The notes: generated by a model from the letters alone, not told the origin. A DNA stretch of 15,710 nucleotides from Paraspadella gotoi (GCA_051294375.1 CM119270.1:2639075-2654784), one strand, 5' to 3'; numbered from the stretch's first letter, positions 1 through 8,286 are shown. Made by a program: numbers and translations.

Positions 1-41
1 ATCATCATCATCATCATCATCATCATCATCGTCATCATCAC
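1..41 (+). repeat. (ATC)n microsatellite
   Basis: Directly visible; runs off the window start. Confidence 0.95.
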
Positions 42-125
42 CATGTCTCCATGTCGTTGTCATTATCCTTACATTAATTTACATTATTCTTCATCTTTTT
101 TTTCTTCTCTGATCGCGAGATAAAC

Positions 126-253
126 TTCGTCAAGGAGACGCTTCGTTACGGCGTCGGGTTGCTAAGGAGCCGTGTCTAAACTTTGACGCGCTGCGAAGGA
201 GAAGTGTCGTCACGGCGACGCGTTGCTAAGGACTCGTGACGCTCATTTAAAGA
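126..253 (+). repeat. Degenerate 16/32-bp periodic repeat
   Basis: Related 14-16-mers start at 126, 142, 158, 174, 190, 206 and 222, e.g. GTTGCTAAGGA at 158 and 222, and TCGTYACGGCG in the units at 142 and 206. Confidence 0.7.
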
Positions 254-296
254 GGCACGTCATCGAGGGGCCCTCTGAAGTCAGCGCTTAGTACAC

Positions 297-478
297 ATTC
301 TCAAATTGGCGCTCAGCAAAAAGAGCTCTTTTTCAAATTGGCGCTCGGCAAAGGGAGCTGTTTCTCAAATTGGCGCTCGGCAAAGGGAGCTCTTTCTGAA
401 ATTGGCGCTCAGCAAAGGGAGCTCTTTCTGAAATTGGCGCTCAGCAAAGGGGAGCTCTTTTTCAAATTGGCGCTTAGC
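297..478 (+). repeat. 32-bp minisatellite, about 5.6 copies, consensus TTTCTSAAATTGGCGCTCRGCAAAGGGAGCTC
   Basis: T(C/G)AAATTGGCGCT core at 301, 333, 365, 397, 429 and 462; head-to-tail with no unique spacers. Confidence 0.95.
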
Positions 479-592
479 TTATGAGGTACTTCGTCACTCG
501 TCGCTAAGGCGGGCGTGAACAAAAGAAACAATGGCGAGAGTGAGTTGATCAAAGAGAGCGATACGACCACCCCGTCATCATAAACTCGGCCC

Positions 593-595
593 GAG

Positions 596-691
<96 letters not shown>
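593..691 (+). repeat. (GA)n microsatellite
   Basis: Directly visible, two small interruptions. Confidence 0.97.
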
Positions 692-693
<2 letters not shown>

Positions 694-803
694 CTATGGG
701 CGTTGGCTACGTCCCGATATAAACAGGGCGACTTTTCGTTTTCTTGTTATGGAAATAAGGGATGAAAGATTAAGAAAGGAAAGGGAGAGAAAGTCGAATG
801 TAA

Positions 804-906
804 GATGGATGACTAGGTTGGTTGGTTGGTTGGTTAGTTGGTCCATTGGATCGGTTGGTTGGTTGGTCCATTGGATCGGTTGGTTGGATGGACGGATGTA
901 CGGATG
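804..906 (+). repeat. Compound tetranucleotide repeat (GGTT/GGAT) with duplicated TTGGTCCATTGGATCGGTTGGTTGG
   Basis: Directly visible. Confidence 0.85.
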
Positions 907-1530
907 CATAATTTTTTTTAATACCTGTATGAGTTGATCAAATACAAATTTCTATTAATAATAAAACAAAATGATATTTGTTAGACAAAAAGGCAAAAAG
1001 CTCTAAAGCTTGAAGAGTTTACTGTCTTGTAATAGGAATGTAGTATTTACAAACCATAGGCGTAGTCTGTCAGTCCACTGTCCAAAATCAGGCATATTGA
1101 ATGAATGTTTGATTTATTTTCCTTCGTCGAAATATATTAAATTAATAGATTTCATTAAAAAAATATATTTTGTTTTGACCACATGCATAAGAAGTTAAAG
1201 AAAAATTTTCTCATAAAAGAATTAATATCACGTTTCTCTTTTTTGATAATCAAAACATTAAACAGTTGAATGAAAATCAGACTCTTCGTCCGGATTTTAA
1301 AAAAAAAATAGAAAATAAATTTCATATCATCGTCTAATATCAACTTCATCTTAGCCTCATGAACGAACGACGGAAAACAATGTTTCTCTCCTTCGCTTTT
1401 ATCCTCATTATGTCTCATGGATTAACGCTTCTCGATCGTTTAAGCTCATTTGATCTCTCAATCGACAACGAGGATAGCGACGACGGCGATATGCAAATGA
1501 GTTTTATGAAGGGGCACAACGTTCATTACG

Positions 1531-1536
<6 letters not shown>

Positions 1537-1570
<34 letters not shown>

Positions 1571-1610
1571 CATTCTCTTCTCTCTCTCTTCTCTCTCTCT
1601 CTACATCTCT
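1537..1610 (+). repeat. Imperfect (CT)n microsatellite
   Basis: Directly visible. Confidence 0.9.
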
Positions 1611-1717
1611 CTTCTATTTGACGGATGACGAACGTCTATGGTGTCTCGACGACGGCGAAGGGAGAGAGAGACATTGCGCTTTTGTTTGCGAAGGACTTGT
1701 CCGCTCGACGGCGCTCG

Positions 1718-1865
1718 CCTTTCTTTTCTTTTTTTCTTTTTTTTTTTCTTTTTTTTTCTCTTACTTTCCTTTATTCTTTTACTCTCTTTCTATGTGTCCC
1801 TTTCTTTTTAATACGAGAGGCAACGTTCGACTGGCTCGTTCGTTCGTTCATTCTTTTTCTTTTTT

Positions 1866-1960
<95 letters not shown>
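1718..1960 (+). repeat. T-rich tract followed by a (TTTC)n microsatellite (1864-1960)
   Basis: Directly visible; accounts for the FFLS/KERK ORFs. Confidence 0.92.
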
Positions 1961-2812
1961 ACACCAAAAGAACATACAGCCCATTGACATAATTTTGTAC
2001 ATAAATGATCAGAAGACAACTCTCAATTACACCCATGTCTTTGATGAAGCCTAAGTGGAATCAATACTTTGAATTTGTAGATGTAAACTTATCCATAATC
2101 TTAAAAGAGGCAAGCTACTTGATAATCCATTCTCTTAAAATCAACTTTAACGGCATGAAAAATAATAAAAAAATAATATAAAATAGATCAAGTTTCATCA
2201 ATTTTCATGCAGGCGTATGGAAAATGGATCTCGATCACTCGATCTGCACCCAGCTGCAGCGCTTTTCCGCAGCCCAGTATCTACGCAGCGCCGCAGCACG
2301 CCGCCTGGACAAACCGGTGACCGCAGCTTAAGGCAGCAGCATAACCTCGGCTCTTTGCTGCAATGGCTGCGAGCTCTGACTGTCTGGAAGCAGGGATTTC
2401 CTGTGAATTGTGAGAATTATTCGAAAACTTCTAATCATTTTATTTTTCGAAGTGAATTACGAAAAATATTAAAATAACATCGTAAATAACAACGACACGC
2501 GTCTCTTTTCGTTCTTTTCGTTCTTTTCGGTTTTCGCTCTTCGGCTGCCAATAGCCATCCGTGACTTGACGTTCGTCCTTCGGGGGGACTGCCTCACTCT
2601 CTATGCTGTCGTCGTGTGCAATAGCCATCCCATGCTCATTTGCCCATGGTCGTCCTTCGTCGTCGATTATTCATTTTGAAAAATGATTTTTTTTTCCGTT
2701 TCCGCCTTAATTATTATTAAATTAAATTAAATCTCAAACGATCATGTCTTTATAAATTCCAGGTTCAGACCGTTGTTATAGTCTCCTCTCCACAAACAAA
2801 ACGTCAAAGACC

Positions 2813-2988
2813 ATGAGCTCTTCGAACATCGTCCGGATCAACGTGGGCGGCGTCATCCACGCGACGTCAAAATTGACGCTGACTCGATTTCCGGATTCGA
2901 TGTTGGGACGAATGTTTGAGGGTGACATTCCGTCCGCTGTTGACGAATCGGGGGCGATATTTATTGATCGAGATGGCAGGATGTTCGG
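2813..2988 (+). CDS. KCTD-like gene, coding exon with the N-terminal half of the BTB domain
   Basis: ATG in gaccATGA context at 2813; 58 codons plus 2 nt, ending TTC GG|gtaaga (strong donor at 2989). Confidence 0.92.
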
Positions 2989-3759
2989 GTAAGATATTAA
3001 ATATTATTAAATATTATTAAATGATGGCAAATTATTTATTTGAGGTCGGTTATGGTTAGATCGGGTAGCGATGTTAGGGGTATTAATAAATTAAATTGAC
3101 TATAGACGTGTTTAATTCTAATGTCATTTTAAGATGGGGTTTAAATTAAAGGTTTGTGAAAGATTAAGATCAAAGATGCAAGGTAACACGAGAACCCGCC
3201 GTTATAAAAAAAAATAGTCGTGAACATGAGGCAACTTTTCTGACGCTTAAAACAATGGACACTTGCTTTTCATATCCATATCTACCGTCCTTCTTCTAAA
3301 AACAAACCCCGGCCAACACCTCTCCTGCCCAGGCACGTCCTCAACTTTCTTCGCGACGGGCGTCTCATTCTTCCCGACGACTTCGCCGATTTCCAGCGAC
3401 TCCAAAACGAAGCCGACTTCTTCGGTCTGGAGGCGTTGAAAGAAGCTGCGGCGTCTAAACTTCGGCAAGAAAAGGAAGGTTTTATCCTTGAATTAAGCTT
3501 GATCGAACATCGACGACCCGATCCTCACGTGACACACGAGTGTCGCGGTAGCGGTATAATGACTTCTTCAATACTGCGACAACTATTTAAAAGAATGAAT
3601 TTCAAAAAAAATATATCGACGGTTTCGATTGAAGATGCTTTCCACTCATCCGGCTGCGTTCTACTCTCATGGTCTTACAGCCCGAGAGCAAGCCTTTGGT
3701 TCTGTCCTGATAAGTGTGTTGAAAGACTTGAAACTGTTTTGTCCTCATACCACCTTTAA
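2813..3759 (+). CDS. BTB/POZ (T1) domain KCTD-family protein, KCTD6/KCTD21-like; spliced CDS join(2813..2988,3333..3759), 200 aa
   Basis: Manual translation: MSSSNIVRINVGGVIHATSKLTLTRFPDSMLGRMFEGDIPSAVDESGAIFIDRDGRMFG|HVLNFLRDGRLILPDDFADFQRLQNEADFFGLEALKEAAASKLRQEK...SSYHL*. It carries the KCTD BTB motifs NVGG, TLTxxPDSML, FIDRDG, VLNFLR and EADFF. 176+427=603 nt, in frame across a GT-AG intron. Subfamily is from remembered sequence resemblance, not a search. Confidence 0.93.
2989..3332 (+). other. 344-nt phase-2 spliceosomal intron of the KCTD-like gene
   Basis: Starts gtaaga, AT-rich, ends tctcctgcccag; removal restores DRDGRMFG-HVLNFLR. Confidence 0.92.
3333..3759 (+). CDS. KCTD-like gene, last coding exon (C-terminal half of BTB plus ~95-aa C-terminal region)
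   Basis: G CAC GTC CTC AAC TTT CTT CGC...; same frame as ORF-track 3436..3759; TAA at 3757-3759 followed by T-rich 3' UTR-like sequence. Confidence 0.92.
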
Positions 3760-4083
3760 ATCCACGACACCTTTAAGTCCGACTGGATTTTTTTTTTTCT
3801 GCTTCGGTTGTTTTCGAACCAAATATCGATTTGGATTATTTTGTTTTCTCTTGTTATTTTCAGGAAACAATGAATGCGTTTCCTTTTTTTTTTTTTGTTT
3901 TCGTTTGACCAGTTTGAAATATGTACGTGTAATTTGTATAAAAACCTACGTCAGTTTGTTCACTCTGTTAAGAATGATAAAAATACAAACCTACTGACAT
4001 TTTTAGTTATCATTATCGTTTTCTTTTACAAATTTTTTTTCTTCAAAAAGTAAACATATTTTTTACTCTTTTTCCCTCAAAAC

Positions 4084-4320
4084 ATCCTCAACTGAATCCT
4101 CAACTGGATCCTCAACTGGATTCTCAACTGAATCCTCAACTGAATCCTCACCTGAATCCTCAACTGAATCCTCAACTGAATCCTCAACTGAATCCTCAAC
4201 TGAATCCTCAACTGAATCCTCAACTGAATCCTCAACTGAATCCTCAACTGAATCCTCAACTGAATCCTCAACTGAATCCTCAACGGAATCCTCAACTGAA
4301 TCCTCAACCGGATCCTTAAC
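4084..4320 (+). repeat. 12-bp minisatellite (ATCCTCAACTGA) x about 19.7
   Basis: Units from 4084 to 4312 at an exact 12-bp period; variants mostly near the ends. Confidence 0.97.
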
Positions 4321-4344
4321 CCCTTCACCTTGTTTTTATGCCTC

Positions 4345-4405
4345 AATCCGGCTTCCGCCCCTCCCCCCCCTCTTTCCGGCATTTTCCGGCCGACGCCGAC
4401 GACAG
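4345..4405 (+). promoter_or_regulatory. Promoter-like GC box / ETS-like motif cluster
   Basis: CTTCCG 4352, CCGCCCC 4355, TTTCCGG 4373 and 4383, CpG-rich; lies 70-120 nt upstream of a strong donor (CGG|gtaagg, 4477). Function inferred. Confidence 0.45.
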
Positions 4406-4467
4406 AAGGGAGAGAGAAAAGTGGTAAACAAAGATTTCGGTTCCAAACTCCATAGAATTTGGCGTTT

Positions 4468-4810
4468 ATGTTGCGGGTAAGGACCTAGAGAGAGAGAGAG
4501 AGGAAAGGAGGTCGTCTTGCAGGTTGTTCTTTTATTTTCTCTGTGTGTGTGTGCCTTTTCTTCGGCGATCGGCTCAAAACTAAACGAAAATCAAGATTGG
4601 CTCAAACGGAAAGAAAAACCCAGTTGTTGTGAAGACGTGAGCTGCGAAAACTTGTCGTTTTTAAAGTCGCTTATCGTACGGTTGACTCTTTGGCATTTAA
4701 CGCCTCAAAGCTCAAGTACACAACTTTCACGCCGCACGTACGCAAGCGTTGGCATTTACCGTCGTACGCGCACGGACGTCGGAAGGGGAAAGAGGTTGGG
4801 CGTTGAGTAA
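4468..4810 (+). CDS. Candidate small secreted protein, join(4468..4476,4523..4810); 3' structure uncertain
   Basis: ATG TTG CGG|gtaagg...tcttgcag|GTT GTT gives MLRVVLLFSLCVCAFSSAIGSKLNENQDWLKRKEKPSCCED...VGRGKRLGVE*; signal-peptide-like N-terminus; no recognised homology. Confidence 0.25.
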
Positions 4811-5316
4811 GCAATTTTACGGACTATCGAACGGGTTAAAAGAATTGGGCCTTCGTCACAATGCATCTCACGAACGCAATACGATTATTTTTCTTATTCA
4901 ATGCAGACTTTTATGAAATTGGGAAATCAACGAGGAAACTTGTTATCATCCGACAAGGTGGGTCGCGTCTTAATCCAAAAAACTTAAGCTAAGCAATTAA
5001 CTAAATAAAAAAGTATCCTTCGAGGTCGCTTTGGAATGTTTCGCCAAATTACGCCATTTTGTTTTTTTTGTTTTTTCCATTTGGTTAAATCACTTTTTTT
5101 GATCGAATCCAACGTCGTGATTCATTCGACGTCATTATTATTTATTTATTAATTATTCTTAATTCAATAAAATTTATGTTCAGTTTATTACAATAATTGC
5201 CACGTCTTTCGATTTTAACGCTTTGCGAGAATTCCCCGTTTCTGCGATTCTGCGTTTCTTTGCTACAATACACTGGCTGCACCTTTTGCGCCTTCAACTA
5301 CGCCCTCTTTAAACAA

Positions 5317-5380
5317 CCCACCCGACCCCTTCGACAACCCTCGCCCATGACCACTCCCCACCCGACCCCTTCAACACCCC
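5317..5380 (-). repeat. 40-bp-period duplication forming two G-quadruplex-type motifs on the minus strand
   Basis: CCCACCCGACCCCTTC at 5317 and 5357; minus strand reads GGGG-N7-GGGG-TC-GGG-T-GGGG and GGG-N8-GGGG-TC-GGG-T-GGG. Confidence 0.7.
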
Positions 5381-5457
5381 AACATCCTTGACCCATTTCC
5401 GGTTTCCGTTTCGACGCCGAGTTTCCCGAACGGACATCAATCACTCCTCACGGCCAA

Positions 5458-5460
<3 letters not shown>

Positions 5461-5548
<88 letters not shown>
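5461..5548 (+). repeat. (TC)n microsatellite
   Basis: Directly visible; a short opposite-orientation (GA)n follows at 5624-5642. Confidence 0.97.
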
Positions 5549-5550
<2 letters not shown>

Positions 5551-5978
5551 CCCAAGAACAACAGTTTGAGCGTTCGAACGTCGATTCCCTTCGCACTCAA
5601 GTGACGATCGATCCGGGGAAACTGAGAGAGAGAGAGAGAGAGGTTCAAGTATAAAAAGAATGATTATAACAAATGGAATCAGGACCAAAAACGGAACGGG
5701 ATTCCTGTCCCTGTCTACTTACTTATTAATCCTTAAGTATAATACTTAAATATAATACTTATTAATACTTAAATGATAATTAGGCAGTTTGCCCAATAAC
5801 TTAACAAAATGGTTAAATCATTTATAGGCGAACTACAATCACATATCACTAGTTTCACTACGTATGTCCATAGTAAACAACTATTATTCTCACGAATGGA
5901 TCGCACTCAACATTCGCATTCACATTCACAACAGACTCACGGGGTCCCGTCCAAACTCGCCGTCCCCTTTTCACGCCC

Positions 5979-6010
5979 ATGACGTCATCAATCCTCACCG
6001 AATCACGTGA
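5979..6010. promoter_or_regulatory. Palindromic CRE (ATGACGTCAT, 5979-5988) plus E-box (TCACGTGA, 6003-6010)
   Basis: Exact matches to CREB/ATF and bHLH-ZIP consensus sites 14 bp apart; function not shown. Confidence 0.35.
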
Positions 6011-6181
6011 ATCGAGAACGTAACTTCTCTTCGCCTCCTTTTCACAGTTTTACGCTTTCACGGTCGTCGGACGCAAAATGTAGCGGAGAGAAAATGGGCG
6101 ATCGATCTATGCGATAGCAGTTACATACGGGGTCAAACGAAGGAATGCTTACATCCGAGGAATGAAGTGGGTCGGAATGAA

Positions 6182-6206
6182 AGAGAGAGAGAGAGAGAGA
6201 GAGAGA
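6182..6206 (+). repeat. (AG)n microsatellite
   Basis: Directly visible. Confidence 0.9.
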
Positions 6207-6758
6207 CGAAGAAAAGGGAGAGAGAGTGTTTGCCTTTCCTTATGTTGCGAGGGTCATTTTACAATCATGGGCGGGCGTTGCGTTGTGATCAATGGTAAGC
6301 AACGAAAGGCATTTTAATCAAGCAACCAAGCAGCGAAAATTTTCTGCGTTAATCATTATCCGTCAATCAATAACTAAAGTCTTGTTTTAAGACGTAATGA
6401 TAATAAACAGAGACTATCATTAGTTCTTTATCGATGATAAAAAATAATAATCCACATGGCGTTGATTTCAATAATATTTATGCTTAATCTTTTCCTTTGA
6501 ATAATTTTTTTTAGAAATAGGAGAAACATTAAACGACCTAGATAAAATAATATAATTACTATGTCTATGAAGCTTTGATAATTATCAATACGTTAATGCC
6601 AATTATTACGTCAAAACTTGATTCGTTCCTTTGTCCTTTGTCCTTTACGACATCTAGCAGTCCCTTTCCCTACACCCAATCCCCAAACCCTTTGGTTGGC
6701 ATTGAGCAATGGCGCATTGGCCCATCTCCTCCGCTGCTCCCCTTTTCAATTCTATCCG

Positions 6759-6797
6759 CTCCTCCTCCTCCTCCTCCTCCTCCTCTTCCCCCTCCCA
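6759..6797 (+). repeat. (CCT)n microsatellite
   Basis: Directly visible; accounts for the poly-Pro and poly-Leu ORFs. Confidence 0.9.
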
Positions 6798-6919
6798 ATT
6801 CCCTGGATGATTGACCATCGAGAAAAAGGACCCATAAGAACCTAATCTGTCTCCCTTCTCTCTTCTCTTTTCATTCTCATATCCCCTAATCTCCCATCAA
6901 AAAAATGGTGCTCCAGGTC

Positions 6920-6978
6920 CTTCTTCTCTCCTCTCCTCTCTTCTCTCTCTCTCTCTCTCTCTCGTCTCTCTCTCTCTC

Positions 6979-7020
<42 letters not shown>
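6920..7020 (+). repeat. Imperfect (CT)n microsatellite
   Basis: Directly visible. Confidence 0.95.
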
Positions 7021-7021
<1 letters not shown>

Positions 7022-7043
7022 ATCTCCTTTACGCAACACCAAC

Positions 7044-7105
7044 CTCGAGCCAATTGAGGTCTGTCCTTCTGCACCTCGATGTCCTTCAGTTTGTCACCTC
7101 TCGTC
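7044..7105 (-). CDS. Candidate 62-nt internal exon (TRGDKLKDIEVQKDRPQLAR)
   Basis: Minus strand: pyrimidine tract ...tttaaaaag|G ACG AGA GGT GAC...GCT CGA G|gttggt; only one frame is open; product not recognised. Confidence 0.3.
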
Positions 7106-7858
7106 CTTTTTAAATCGATTATCAACAACGAAGTAGAAAAAGAAAGTGAGTCTGTTCTTCACAAATCTCACTCCATTCACCCTTATCCTCACTTTCACGC
7201 TCATTCTCACTTTACGATCATTCTCACTCCCGCCCTCACAGCTCACGCTAAAGCAGCTCTCTCGGTCTTTGCGTTGCCCCAAAATTTCGGCGACCGAAGT
7301 TAAAAAACTGTCTCGACCTTGAGTGCTTTCTTTTCGGTCATCGTTGACAGAGTGAACAAACTCTAGTCGCGAAAGGAAGGACCGATATCCGACCTACTGT
7401 CCGTCCTTGCCATCGCCGGTCCGTCTGTCTGTCAGCTTCGTCCTCGGATAAACCTCGTTCTGCCATTTCGCGCCATCTTCAGTCAAGAGCGCAAATTTTA
7501 ATTTTAAGCGGTTGTGCTTTGAAAATCTGGAAAAAATCTACTAATGTTTTTTTCGCGAAAGAGAAATTGGAATTTTGAATAATAGCTTTGTGCTGTTTTT
7601 TTTTATTTTTTATAATGTCATTATTAATTACCTAGGACAATAACCAAAATGCTTCATAGAAATGATAGAATTTAAAAAAGGCAGCACTACAATCAAAAGG
7701 TTTATAACCGTGATCTTAGAGTCAGCATTTGTTTAATTTCAATCTCCTACTTATTGTACAACTAAAGCTGAATCAGTAAACATTCCTAGACAATACCAAT
7801 TCAAGATGGTCCATTTTCTTTTGTCGTCAATTCGTACTTAACGCATCAAATCAACGAC

Positions 7859-7926
7859 GAGCCACGCCCAATATCCGCCCACTTCCGGTTTGGAAATAAG
7901 ATCACTTCCGGTCGAGAGCCACGCCC
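7859..7926. promoter_or_regulatory. Housekeeping-type promoter: 2 Sp/KLF sites, CCAAT, GC box, 2 ETS sites
   Basis: GAGCCACGCCC at 7859 and 7916, CCAAT 7868, CCGCCC 7875, ACTTCCGGT at 7881 and 7904, all within 68 bp in AT-rich flanks. Confidence 0.7.
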
Positions 7927-7992
7927 TCCTCGTAGGCGGAGATCAATCATTCGTTTTTCAATGTACTCCAATAGTAATTAGGACTCTCTCCG

Positions 7993-7995
<3 letters not shown>

Positions 7996-8029
<34 letters not shown>

Positions 8030-8249
8030 NNNNNNNNNNNNNNNNNNNNNNNNNNNNNNNNNNNNNNNNNNNNNNNNNNNNNNNNNNNNNNNNNNNNNNN
8101 NNNNNNNNNNNNNNNNNNNNNNNNNNNNNNNNNNNNNNNNNNNNNNNNNNNNNNNNNNNNNNNNNNNNNNNNNNNNNNNNNNNNNNNNNNNNNNNNNNNN
8201 NNNNNNNNNNNNNNNNNNNNNNNNNNNNNNNNNNNNNNNNNNNNNNNNN

Positions 8250-8281
<32 letters not shown>
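7996..8281 (+). repeat. (GA)n microsatellite spanning assembly gap 8030-8249
   Basis: (GA)n on both sides of the N run. Confidence 0.9.

Positions 8282-8286
<5 letters not shown>

Noticed and set aside
297-478. CRISPR-like array (32-bp partly palindromic repeats)
   Set aside because: Units are head-to-tail with no unique spacers, there are no cas genes, and the context is eukaryotic.
694-2019. ORFs at 694-2019 (TNQP, LVGW, FFLS and KERK repeats)
   Set aside because: Mostly translations of microsatellites or AT-rich sequence; no recognisable domain.
3247-3468. Minus-strand 73-aa ORF
   Set aside because: Antisense shadow of the KCTD exon.
3436-3997. ORFs 3436..3759 and 3629..3997 as standalone genes
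   Set aside because: The first starts at TTG and is the tail of the spliced KCTD CDS; the second is an alternate frame running into T-rich 3' UTR.
4077-4382. (RIQL)n amphipathic-repeat protein
   Set aside because: Fully explained by the 12-bp minisatellite; no independent coding evidence.
5461-5642. (TC)n...(GA)n fold-back as a MITE or pre-miRNA
   Set aside because: The arms are plain microsatellites that are common throughout the window; no TIR or TSD.
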